A stretch of DNA of 64,000 nt from Bythopirellula sp. GTDB lineage: Bacteria; Planctomycetota; Planctomycetia; Pirellulales; Lacipirellulaceae. Positions 8,855-16,588 of the stretch are shown here, one piece after another; position 1 is the first letter of the stretch, and each line of letters starts with the position of its first letter. The stretch covers positions 2,021 to 66,020 of the forward strand of contig JANQQA010000294.1 of assembly GCA_028285205.1 (NCBI GenBank). The letters run 5' to 3'. The notes under the pieces are model-generated. The model did not search any database. It saw only the letters and a program-made list of their open reading frames with translations, and was not told where the DNA came from. A program made the position numbers and the translations under genes.

Positions 8855-9097
8855 ATGTCTAAACACCGCGAAAACAAATTGCTCAAAGCCTACGGTTTCG
8901 AGACTGCCAAGCCAGGCGACGGCGTTGGCGTGGAATGTTGTGACTGCGACAAGCCCTGTGCTGGGCGACGTGGCTACTGGCTGCGGACCAGCATCGAATA
9001 TGACGAGTGGGATGTGAGATGCCGTCCGTGTGCGCTGGCTCACGTGGCGTTGTACGAAGATTTCGACGCCGATGCCTATGTCGCCGTCGCAAACTGA
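8855..9097 (+). CDS. Hypothetical Cys-containing protein
   Basis: 80-aa ORF. Confidence 0.65.
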   Translation: MSKHRENKLLKAYGFETAKPGDGVGVECCDCDKPCAGRRGYWLRTSIEYDEWDVRCRPCALAHVALYEDFDADAYVAVAN

Positions 9098-9120
9098 ACT
9101 GATACGAGGTTACCCAGCAG

Positions 9121-9429
9121 ATGAGCGAAGCGTCGAAGGATGAAACGTGGCGGGAATTAGTCAAGCCGCTGTTTTTGCAAATGCAGAGTCACGGCGTTCA
9201 GACTATGCGAATCGAACGGAACGGCACAAAGTGCCACGTTTCGATCGAACTGGATGCGATCACGTCGGCCGCAGTCGAGAACCGTCCGCCTCCTGCCGGG
9301 TTCACAACTATTGACCACTTTGCGGCGTCTGCGGGATGGGGGGCAAATCGCTTGGCCTGTCTTCAGTGGGCTGCGAGGGAGGGGGCGACGGTCGAGGAAA
9401 TGGAAGCGTACCACCGAGCCAATTTTTAG
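9121..9429 (+). CDS. Hypothetical protein
   Basis: 102-aa ORF flanked by ATACGAGGnTACCCAGCA translation-initiation-region repeats. Confidence 0.7.
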   Translation: MSEASKDETWRELVKPLFLQMQSHGVQTMRIERNGTKCHVSIELDAITSAAVENRPPPAGFTTIDHFAASAGWGANRLACLQWAAREGATVEEMEAYHRANF

Positions 9430-9457
9430 AGTAAACGCTATACGAGGGATACCCAGC

Positions 9458-9700
9458 ATGTTTGCACAAATTTACGATTGCCCGATTTGCGGCGATGTTT
9501 GGAGGTGTGTCGAAATGGTCGAAATGATCGACACCGATCGGGACGAGGTTTGGCACGAGCCGATCTGCTCATGCGGTCGATCTGTTCGTGAAAAATATGT
9601 CGAAGAAGGCGGAAAGAGAATTCCTGTCCTGCACGCGCTGACCGATGACGAGATAGATGAGGACACAAAGTTTGTCGCAGGCAATGGCCTCGACGAGTAA
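9458..9700 (+). CDS. Zinc-binding hypothetical protein
   Basis: Internal ATG of ORF 9254..9700 (MFAQIYDCPICGD..CSCG). Confidence 0.7.
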   Translation: MFAQIYDCPICGDVWRCVEMVEMIDTDRDEVWHEPICSCGRSVREKYVEEGGKRIPVLHALTDDEIDEDTKFVAGNGLDE

Positions 9701-9725
9701 CGCAAATGCTGAATACGAGGCTCCG

Positions 9726-10019
9726 ATGTTCAAGCACAAGCACGATTGGCGACCTGTTGACGTCGTCTTCGGACGGTGGGAAACGTCCCTCCGGCATCGG
9801 GCGTTCATCGCAACGGCTGCCTGTTACCACTTTTGGGTATGCAGTTGCGGGCGATTCGCAATCTCTGGTCTCCCGGATCGCGCGCGACTTGAAGGCGAAC
9901 TGCCAACGCGAGTCGCTGCGTTATCTGATTTCCAAATTGCAAAGTATCTTTTGCGTTTCATTCCGAAACGAGACAGATCGGGCCTATTCCCGGCTCCGAA
10001 AACCCTCAAAGCGAATTAG
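9726..10019 (+). CDS. Hypothetical protein
   Basis: Frame of ORF 9657..10019. ATG 9726 is preceded by ATACGAGG (GAGG 5 nt upstream). The alternative frame starting at 9706 looks non-protein-like in this stretch. Confidence 0.6.
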   Translation: MFKHKHDWRPVDVVFGRWETSLRHRAFIATAACYHFWVCSCGRFAISGLPDRARLEGELPTRVAALSDFQIAKYLLRFIPKRDRSGLFPAPKTLKAN

Positions 10020-10050
10020 CGAAAAGGTTCCTCAACTAGGAGAATGTAAG

Positions 10051-10476
10051 ATGGAAGCTGCGGGGAGAGTAAATCGTTATGTCTGCCAGGATTGTCACGC
10101 CATCCACGGGACGATCAACCTCAACACAGGGACGACGCCCTTTATGATCGCCTGCCGCAACAGCTGCTGCGGCGGCGTGGCTCAATCGGCAATGTATCGT
10201 ATTTCCGCCGGGGAGGTCGTCTGTGGGTGGGTGTGGTATCGACCGACAGTCCGGGAATTCAACACGTTGTCGGCGAGCGAACAGGAACACGTTTTGTCCG
10301 GTGGTTTGCTATTGGGCGATTTCGGCAACGTGACGCCAATGCGCGAGACCGATGAAGTCACAGAAGTGTTGAATGGCGCTGATTCGGAAGGGTGGCTTTC
10401 GTTCGCCGCTCAGGCATACAAGCCGGAGATGGAAGTTTTCGGTGAAGTTGTAGACCGGCTGAGTTCATCGAGCTAA
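10051..10476 (+). CDS. Cys-rich hypothetical protein
   Basis: Internal ATG of ORF 9706..10476 with TAGGAGAA upstream (MEAAGRVNRYVCQDCH..CRNSCCGG). Confidence 0.75.
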   Translation: MEAAGRVNRYVCQDCHAIHGTINLNTGTTPFMIACRNSCCGGVAQSAMYRISAGEVVCGWVWYRPTVREFNTLSASEQEHVLSGGLLLGDFGNVTPMRETDEVTEVLNGADSEGWLSFAAQAYKPEMEVFGEVVDRLSSSS

Positions 10477-10492
10477 CAAGCAGGCAGCGGCC

Positions 10493-10657
10493 ATGAAGAA
10501 AATGCCGATCAACGAACTACTCCGGCTGGCGTGCCTCTACGCCGAGCAGGACCGCAACGGATTCATCGACGCACATTCGGGGATGGAAGACGAACCGGCC
10601 TGCGTCGAAGCCGTGGAATTCTTGCAGCAACTGCGAGCGTACAGGATTCGACGGTAG
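10493..10657 (+). CDS. Hypothetical 54-aa protein
   Basis: MKKMPINELLRLACLYAEQDRNGF..LRAYRIRR*. Below the ORF-track cutoff. Last gene before a regulatory gap. Confidence 0.5.
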   Translation: MKKMPINELLRLACLYAEQDRNGFIDAHSGMEDEPACVEAVEFLQQLRAYRIRR

Positions 10658-10762
10658 GGTAAAACGGAACTAGAAGCGGCGATGGACGAAATGGTGCCTG
10701 TTTCTCTGGAGACAATCCAGCGAAGCCTAAGCTAACACGCGGCTCACTTCGCAACACCTGTA

Positions 10763-10791
10763 TTGACAGCGCGCCTCCGTTAGCGGACAAT
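10763..10791 (+). promoter_or_regulatory. Sigma70-like promoter (TTGACA-17-GACAAT)
   Basis: TTGACA at 10763-10768, a 17-nt spacer, and GACAAT at 10786-10791, inside a 268-bp ORF-free gap. Confidence 0.5.
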
Positions 10792-10797
10792 GGCGGT

Positions 10798-10903
10798 GCG
10801 AGAACGTTCTATCCAGTGTGCGATACAAGCCGCATAACTGCTGGGACGTTCTCGCAAACTACCAGCCAAAACCCTGCGGCATTTGATGTCGCGGGGTTTT
10901 TTT
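10798..10903 (+). ncRNA. Candidate ~105-nt sRNA or attenuator leader
   Basis: Lies between the promoter and an intrinsic terminator. An 11-bp perfect stem pairs TGCGAGAACGT (10797-10807) with ACGTTCTCGCA (10846-10856). The terminator stem spans 10872-10896 and is followed by T7. Confidence 0.45.
10872..10903 (+). terminator. Rho-independent terminator
   Basis: CCCTGCG..CGCGGGG forms a 7-bp stem (one G.U) with an 11-nt loop, then TTTTTTT at 10897-10903. Confidence 0.7.
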
Positions 10904-10925
10904 ATTTGCACATGGGGGAAACGCG

Positions 10926-11366
10926 ATGGCTCGATGGAAACGAGCAAGGCAGTGGGTGAATCGACATCTTCCAATGTTTCGCGGTACGTGCATCGATCAA
11001 ACGCAAGATGCAGCCCGCAAACACAACTCCGAACTGAATCGAGTGAGAGATCGCCACGCAACAGAACTCGAAGCGGCAGAAGCAAAGGTGGACGCCTCGA
11101 TCCGCAGGCTCAGCGATATTCAGTTTGAGCGAGTTGAGCAACAGCACGGGCGATACCGCGTCTCTGTCACATTTGACTCACGAATGCTTTCTGGCCCCAG
11201 CATGTATGACGACGAATTGAGGTTTGTGGCACATCGCGTTGCCAGAGAAATCGAACACGAAATCGCATCCTCGAAATTCGTACGGTCGGCAGCAGACCTC
11301 GAAGCGGAACGGATGGAACACAGATATCGCAACATGCCGACATTTTTAGAAGCAACCCGCAAATAG
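10926..11366 (+). CDS. Hypothetical protein (coiled-coil N-terminus)
   Basis: 146-aa ORF. Confidence 0.75.
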   Translation: MARWKRARQWVNRHLPMFRGTCIDQTQDAARKHNSELNRVRDRHATELEAAEAKVDASIRRLSDIQFERVEQQHGRYRVSVTFDSRMLSGPSMYDDELRFVAHRVAREIEHEIASSKFVRSAADLEAERMEHRYRNMPTFLEATRK

Positions 11367-11410
11367 CCAAAAGAGTGCCCGACTGCCGCCGAACACGACA
11401 GGAACGCGGG

Positions 11411-11815
11411 ATGAACGACAATTTCTTCTATTTCGGTTGCTGGGACCGACCTGGACACTTTCTGTATGACACATCAGGGCGTTGCTCTGATCGCCAGACG
11501 CCCGCTGATTTTCCCGTCGAATATCGCATTCTTGACGGAGGTCTACTTCCACCCAATCAGCCACAAAAGCAGGGGCGGCTGTCAGTCTGGAGAACCAACG
11601 GGTGGGCAATCATATCGTTCTGGGACAGGTCGGTTGATTCTCGCGGCGGATGCAACTCCGCATTTGTGGTGAGAGATTGCGACACGCCATCGTCTGACTT
11701 GGAGTTGTTGCAACAAGCGTTCGATGTGTTTCCCCAGGTATTTGAGAGGTTTGATTTCGACTTGATTCTCCCAAGCGGAGAGAGATTTGTTCCGCAGGCA
11801 GTTAGCCCAGCGTAA
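11411..11815 (+). CDS. Conserved hypothetical phage protein
   Basis: Internal ATG of ORF 11375..11815 (MNDNFFYFGCWDRPGHFLYD..FWDRSVDSRGGCNSAF). Confidence 0.75.
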   Translation: MNDNFFYFGCWDRPGHFLYDTSGRCSDRQTPADFPVEYRILDGGLLPPNQPQKQGRLSVWRTNGWAIISFWDRSVDSRGGCNSAFVVRDCDTPSSDLELLQQAFDVFPQVFERFDFDLILPSGERFVPQAVSPA

Positions 11816-11943
11816 CAAAAAGAGTACCCGCCCGATCATCCCGCTAAGTCCGATCGGACGGGCCGACCAACGACAAACAAGGTGTCGCGGCCGTTTACCA
11901 AGGCCCGAACAGTGTACCGCAAGGCGCGTAGAAGGGCCAACCT

Positions 11944-12270
11944 GTGGCAACATCGGAAGAAAGACTGCAAACCCTTGAAACAGAATCTAAGCTCGCCTGC
12001 CATGAGCGGGCGGAGATGTCAAAGGCCATAACGCAATTGTGCGGGGAAATCGACAAGGACCGCCAGTCCCGGAATCAGTACCAAGAAAAGTTGAGCGAAC
12101 TGCTGCATGGAAAGGACACCGAGAACCCCGGCCTCATTATTGAAGTGGACAGGCTCAAGAACTGGAGGAGGCGTTTCGGCAATCATGTGAACTGGCTGTG
12201 GGGTGTCTTGGCGAGTGCGGTCGCATCGGCCGTTGCGTGGTTCTTGAGTCAGATCGGGGGAAAGCAATGA
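11944..12270 (+). CDS. Coiled-coil protein with C-terminal TM helix (holin/spanin-like candidate)
   Basis: GTG start. C-terminal WLWGVLASAVASAVAWFLSQIGG. ATGA-coupled to the lipase gene. Confidence 0.7.
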   Translation: MATSEERLQTLETESKLACHERAEMSKAITQLCGEIDKDRQSRNQYQEKLSELLHGKDTENPGLIIEVDRLKNWRRRFGNHVNWLWGVLASAVASAVAWFLSQIGGKQ

Positions 12271-13097
12271 CCCCGCTGCTTGCCGCAAAACTATGCGACT
12301 TGGTCTACGACGCAGGTGACGCCGTGCTGTATGCGGCCCCATCATTCGGCATTCGTGACGCCAAGTTCTTGGACATCGGCGGCACACAGGTATTGCTGGG
12401 AATTCAAAACGACGACGGAGAGGAAGACGAGACGGTCGTAGTTTTTCGAGGAACCAAAATCGACCCTATCGATATCACGTGGTCCGATGTTTTGCGGCTC
12501 CAAGTTAAATGGAAGATTCTCGCGAGCATGAAGGATGTGAAATACGACCTGCTTGCCAGGCGTGTGCCGTGGTGCGGCAAAGGGAGTGTTCACAGAGGAT
12601 TTAAGGCGGCGCTGAGTCACGTATCGCTCGATATTCACAACTACATCGGCAACCGGCGCAGCGAGACGGTTCAGGTTATGGGTCACAGTCTGGGTGGGGC
12701 ATTGGCACACATCTACGCGGGGCTGCTTGCCGGGGAACTGGCAGACCTCACCCGCGTCAACGTAACCACTTTTGGCTCGCCTTACGTCGGTGATGCCGAG
12801 GCATGCCGCCACATTGACGACAACTGTTACCGGATAAAGAACTACGTGTTTTGCTCTGACATCGTCCCACGACTCTTGAGCTATGTACCCGGTTATCACC
12901 TGCCCGGTGATGTTGAGTACGTCAACAGAAAGGGGGTGATCTTGTATCGCGCGACTCGGTTGAGGAAGTTTATCGACCGTTCGATTCTGAGGCTGATGCG
13001 GGCGCGTGGCGGGATTGTGGCGGCGTTTCGGCAGGAGATTGAACATCACTCCATCGAAGACTGGATTGAACGTGAGTGCTTGGCGGAAGCGGCGTGA
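12267..13097 (+). CDS. Class-3 (triacylglycerol-type) lipase family protein
   Basis: Internal ATG of ORF 12198..13097. Carries the nucleophile elbow VMGHSLGGALA and the FRGT..HRGF pattern of Lipase_3. Confidence 0.85.
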   Translation: MTPLLAAKLCDLVYDAGDAVLYAAPSFGIRDAKFLDIGGTQVLLGIQNDDGEEDETVVVFRGTKIDPIDITWSDVLRLQVKWKILASMKDVKYDLLARRVPWCGKGSVHRGFKAALSHVSLDIHNYIGNRRSETVQVMGHSLGGALAHIYAGLLAGELADLTRVNVTTFGSPYVGDAEACRHIDDNCYRIKNYVFCSDIVPRLLSYVPGYHLPGDVEYVNRKGVILYRATRLRKFIDRSILRLMRARGGIVAAFRQEIEHHSIEDWIERECLAEAA

Positions 13098-13149
13098 AGC
13101 ATCACGGGGTTGTCAGTCGGTACGCGAGGATATTGTCGGGAGGGGAAGA

Positions 13150-13674
13150 ATGAGATACGCGATTCTGTTTCTGTTGTTGGCGGGGTGTGGTGGCGGGCCG
13201 TCGTTCAGGACACTGGCGCATCATGCCGCAACAAAAGCACGGCCCGAACCATCATGTTGCGAACACCGGACTGACCAGCAACTCGCTGATGAACTGATGG
13301 GGAGGTTTGGCCCGCATGAGTACGACTTTAAGGCGGCCCGTGGAGATGGCAGTGATGGGCAGCCAATTGCTGTCGAATTCATTGGGGAAGGAATTCATCA
13401 GTTCATTCACAATCGCATGGTTGGGCTAGCAGTTGTCTGCGACGTCAAGAGGCCAGAAGGCGGGTGGCCGCACTGGACCGATGTGTCGTTTGTTCAACGC
13501 CCCGGAATGAAAGTGGGGTGGGCGACACGGCATGGAAGCAGCGGAACAGTGTGGTGGCGGGACGATGGGGTGGAAGACGGGCGGGAGTCGTTCGGGTTAC
13601 GAAAGCAGTCAGATGAAGACCCTGGCGCAATCGAGGTCGTGTTTTTCACATTTCGCGATGGTGACGACAAATGA
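13150..13674 (+). CDS. Lipoprotein (lipobox LLAGC)
   Basis: Internal ATG of ORF 13006..13674. MRYAILFLLLAGCGGG is a type II signal peptide. GGGAGGGGAAG lies upstream. Confidence 0.8.
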   Translation: MRYAILFLLLAGCGGGPSFRTLAHHAATKARPEPSCCEHRTDQQLADELMGRFGPHEYDFKAARGDGSDGQPIAVEFIGEGIHQFIHNRMVGLAVVCDVKRPEGGWPHWTDVSFVQRPGMKVGWATRHGSSGTVWWRDDGVEDGRESFGLRKQSDEDPGAIEVVFFTFRDGDDK

Positions 13675-15275
13675 AACACACACTCACAATCCTGCTGCTG
13701 CTGCTCTGCGGCACGGCACAGGCCGCACAGTACCAGACCGACAACTTCATCGCCGTTCACCCATCGGCTGAATTCGCGAAGCAGGTTGCGGAAACGGCAG
13801 AGCACTATCGGCGGGAACTCGCCATTTACTGGACCGGTTCTGAGTTTCCTCAATGGTCGGGAAAGTGCCGCATCACCGTCAAAAGCGGTCGTCTTGGCGC
13901 TGGTGGTGCGACGGCGTTCAGCTTCGATCAGGGCGAAGTGTTCGGCTGGAGAATGACCGTCCAAGGCTCACCGGAGCGCATTCTCGATAGCGTTGTGCCG
14001 CACGAAGTCAACCACACGATTTTCGCTTCCTATTTCCGCCGACCACTACCCCGCTGGTACGACGAGGGGGCCGCAACAACACTTGAACATCAGTCTGAGA
14101 AGACACGACAAAGGCAGATACTCAAGCAGGAATGGCGACGGCGGTATCGGCTGAACGACTTGTTCTCAATCACGGAATACCCGCGTGACATGCACAAGGT
14201 CATGGCGATGTATTCGCAGTCAGCGTCGGTTGCAGCGTACCTGATGTCGAAGGGTGATGCGCCAAAGTTTCTGGCATTCGGTGAGACAGCGTTGAGTGAC
14301 GGCTGGAACGATGCACTTCAACAGCATTACGGCATTCGCAACGTCAACGAGCTAGAGGCTGATTGGATTGTGTGGTTGGCCAAGAAGCCGCCAACCGTGC
14401 GGGTTGCTAAGGCAAAGCCGCGCCTGATTATGTTCGGTGCGCCATGGTGTGGGCCATGCCGAACAGCAAAGAGGGACCGCAAGCTATTTGAGAACGCGGG
14501 CTATGAGTTTGTTTACGTGGAACTGAGGCGTGACGGCAAGTCTGATAACCCAGAACTCCACAACAGCTTCTATCGCACGCTCAAAGATGCGGACAAATGG
14601 CAAGACTCGATGGCCCTGCCGATCTTTTGGATTGAAGGGACGGAAGAATACAGGACCGGTTACGGCGGAGCGCCGCCGGTTGTAATGTGGCTGGAAAATG
14701 TCATGCATGCGATCTTCGGGCCGTTGATACCTAATCCGAGCATTACACCACAAGAGGTAGAACCAACCTCTGATCCGCTCCTGCAAAGCATCAGGGCGCT
14801 GCGGTCTGACGTGGAATCCCTGAAGTCACGCAACCCAATCGAGAAAGCAAAGGGCTTGTTCGCAGCCAAAGGCGATATTGAACGTACATTGTCCGAACTG
14901 TCCGTTTTGCGTGAAGGACTGAAGGAGCAGGTCGAGAGCGGAACGCTTATTGCAGACTCGCTAGAAGAACTGAAGGAAACCAGTGGCCTGAGTCTGGAAA
15001 ACGCGACGAAGGCCACGGAAGACGCGAAGAAACTGGCTGGCGACCTGAAGGCATTCAGGGAGTCGAGTGGTATCGAGAAGATTCCAGCCGCATTGGAACT
15101 CGCCAAGGATGCCGCTGCGTTCAAGAAGTCGATGGGTGGCGTTAAAGAGGATGCGAGCGCCGCAAAGGAGTTTCTTGATGCGGCTGGAAGCCCCCGCAAC
15201 ATGTTCTGGAGTCTCGTAGGCATCATCATCGGTGCAATTCGCAAGCGAAAAGCTGTGCAAGTGGAGGCGGCATGA
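13671..15275 (+). CDS. Secreted peptidase-MA-like domain + thioredoxin (WCGPC) domain + coiled coil + C-terminal TM
   Basis: Signal peptide MKHTLTILLLLLCGTAQA. HEVNH..WYDEGAA (HExxH plus E, Peptidase_MA_2/DUF1570 style). FGAPWCGPCR. Long helical tail ending in MFWSLVGIIIGAI. Confidence 0.85.
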   Translation: MKHTLTILLLLLCGTAQAAQYQTDNFIAVHPSAEFAKQVAETAEHYRRELAIYWTGSEFPQWSGKCRITVKSGRLGAGGATAFSFDQGEVFGWRMTVQGSPERILDSVVPHEVNHTIFASYFRRPLPRWYDEGAATTLEHQSEKTRQRQILKQEWRRRYRLNDLFSITEYPRDMHKVMAMYSQSASVAAYLMSKGDAPKFLAFGETALSDGWNDALQQHYGIRNVNELEADWIVWLAKKPPTVRVAKAKPRLIMFGAPWCGPCRTAKRDRKLFENAGYEFVYVELRRDGKSDNPELHNSFYRTLKDADKWQDSMALPIFWIEGTEEYRTGYGGAPPVVMWLENVMHAIFGPLIPNPSITPQEVEPTSDPLLQSIRALRSDVESLKSRNPIEKAKGLFAAKGDIERTLSELSVLREGLKEQVESGTLIADSLEELKETSGLSLENATKATEDAKKLAGDLKAFRESSGIEKIPAALELAKDAAAFKKSMGGVKEDASAAKEFLDAAGSPRNMFWSLVGIIIGAIRKRKAVQVEAA

Positions 15276-15475
15276 GCATCTTGGGATACATCGCAGCAGC
15301 AATGGGTATCGGTGGCACTTCGCTGAAGTTCACAGAAATCACTATGGAAGCACTCGGCTGGTTTTTGAGAGGTTCACGAAAACGAAAGGCAGAGAAAGAG
15401 GCTTTCAATAAGTGGCTGGCTGAGAAGAATCCCGCCAACGCACCGCAGGAATCATCAAATGAGAGTGCTGCTTAA
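15272..15475 (+). CDS. Small protein, N-terminal hydrophobic segment
   Basis: 67 aa with an ATGA overlap to the upstream gene (ILGYIAAAMGIGG). Confidence 0.6.
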   Translation: MSILGYIAAAMGIGGTSLKFTEITMEALGWFLRGSRKRKAEKEAFNKWLAEKNPANAPQESSNESAA

Positions 15476-15523
15476 CTGGCTCAGCCGACTGGTTGACGTG
15501 TTACTGGAAGTAGACGCGAGCGA

Positions 15524-15922
15524 ATGAAGTGGGAGCCACAATTTTTCGGCAGCGGAACCTGCATTGTCACAAGCAATCAGCGTGACGAACCGCATTACTA
15601 CGTCTATGGGCCACACAGCCCCGACGATGGTCAGAGGCAACGAAACCGCATTGCGATGTGCCACCAATTGGCAGATTGGCTGAACGGCGGAGACAGGCCG
15701 TTGTGGCTCGATGACATGAAGCGAACACACGAAGACGGTTGTTTTGATCTCGATGGAACCAAGATATTTGCGACTGGCCCAAGCGTTCTGTGTGACTGCT
15801 GCCCACCGCACAAGATGCACTGGTTGCTGGACGAGAGCGACGAAGCGGTCAGCAAGAGGGCGAGATTGATCGACCGCTTGTTTGAAATTGATACGGAAGT
15901 TGAGTTACACGCGAACCAATAG
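15524..15922 (+). CDS. Hypothetical protein
   Basis: 132-aa ORF. Its last codons lie in the 21-nt repeat. Confidence 0.75.
   Translation: MKWEPQFFGSGTCIVTSNQRDEPHYYVYGPHSPDDGQRQRNRIAMCHQLADWLNGGDRPLWLDDMKRTHEDGCFDLDGTKIFATGPSVLCDCCPPHKMHWLLDESDEAVSKRARLIDRLFEIDTEVELHANQ
15901..15921 (+). repeat. 21-nt direct repeat TGAGTTACACGCGAACCAATA (copy 1)
   Basis: Identical to 16291-16311. The two copies bracket gene 15934..16293. Confidence 0.95.
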
Positions 15923-15933
15923 GGGATGCCGCG

Positions 15934-16293
15934 ATGCGATTTGCCGTTGATGAGTCAATCAGATTTGAGGAAGAACCAGACCGCCCATACACCGTCCAAG
16001 CCATCGACAGCCGGTTTGCCGTCTTGACTCGCCCGATGACGCAAGAGGACGCCGATGAGAACGAATACGAAGGTGAGATCGACGGCAATGTGATGTACAC
16101 GATCGTTGACAACGAGACGTGGCGACGCGGACCGAACAATGCGGTTCTTAATGACTATGACTACAAACTGCGATCCGAATGCGAGAGGTGCGTGCGTGAC
16201 CTGTCGGACCCCGACAACTGGCTTGGGTTGTCAGAGCGACATGGCAGGTCAATTCCAGTGTGTCTTGCAGATGAGGCAATTACTGTCCCGTGA
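15934..16293 (+). CDS. Hypothetical acidic protein (cassette flanked by 21-nt repeats)
   Basis: 119-aa ORF. Confidence 0.75.
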   Translation: MRFAVDESIRFEEEPDRPYTVQAIDSRFAVLTRPMTQEDADENEYEGEIDGNVMYTIVDNETWRRGPNNAVLNDYDYKLRSECERCVRDLSDPDNWLGLSERHGRSIPVCLADEAITVP

Positions 16294-16311
16294 GTTACAC
16301 GCGAACCAATA
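16291..16311 (+). repeat. 21-nt direct repeat TGAGTTACACGCGAACCAATA (copy 2)
   Basis: Identical to 15901-15921. Confidence 0.95.
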
Positions 16312-16322
16312 AGGCGAACGAG

Positions 16323-16532
16323 ATGAACTTACAACTCCCCGGAAGCGTCCGGGAAATGCCGGAATACCAACAGGGCCGCGACGACTGGGAGCGTGGCTGC
16401 ACTGACGACGAATGCCCGCATGGTGGCGGTGACAAGCGAACGGCATGGTTTTCAGGCTGGTTCGACATGGATGTTGATTCGCGGATCGGTCGTATCCTGC
16501 AAAAGTTTGGACTGAGACCGCACTACGAATGA
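16323..16532 (+). CDS. Hypothetical protein
   Basis: ATG 16323 within ORF 16290..16532 (MNLQLPGSVREMPEYQQG..). Its position relative to the repeat mirrors the start at 15934. Confidence 0.65.
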   Translation: MNLQLPGSVREMPEYQQGRDDWERGCTDDECPHGGGDKRTAWFSGWFDMDVDSRIGRILQKFGLRPHYE

Positions 16533-16541
16533 CCCCCAGAT

Positions 16542-16575
16542 AATTTCACAAAAACTACCCTCTTTTTGTGAAATT
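16542..16575. promoter_or_regulatory. AT-rich 13-bp perfect inverted repeat
   Basis: AATTTCACAAAAA (16542-16554), an 8-nt loop, then TTTTTGTGAAATT (16563-16575). Confidence 0.6.
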
Positions 16576-16588
16576 GCGAGACCCCGAA

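Noticed and set aside
9706-10050. The N-terminal 115 aa of ORF 9706..10476, treated as one long gene.
   Set aside because: This stretch translates poorly (S/R/L-rich). The overlapping frame 9726..10019 and the internal start at 10051, which has a strong RBS, give two protein-like genes instead.
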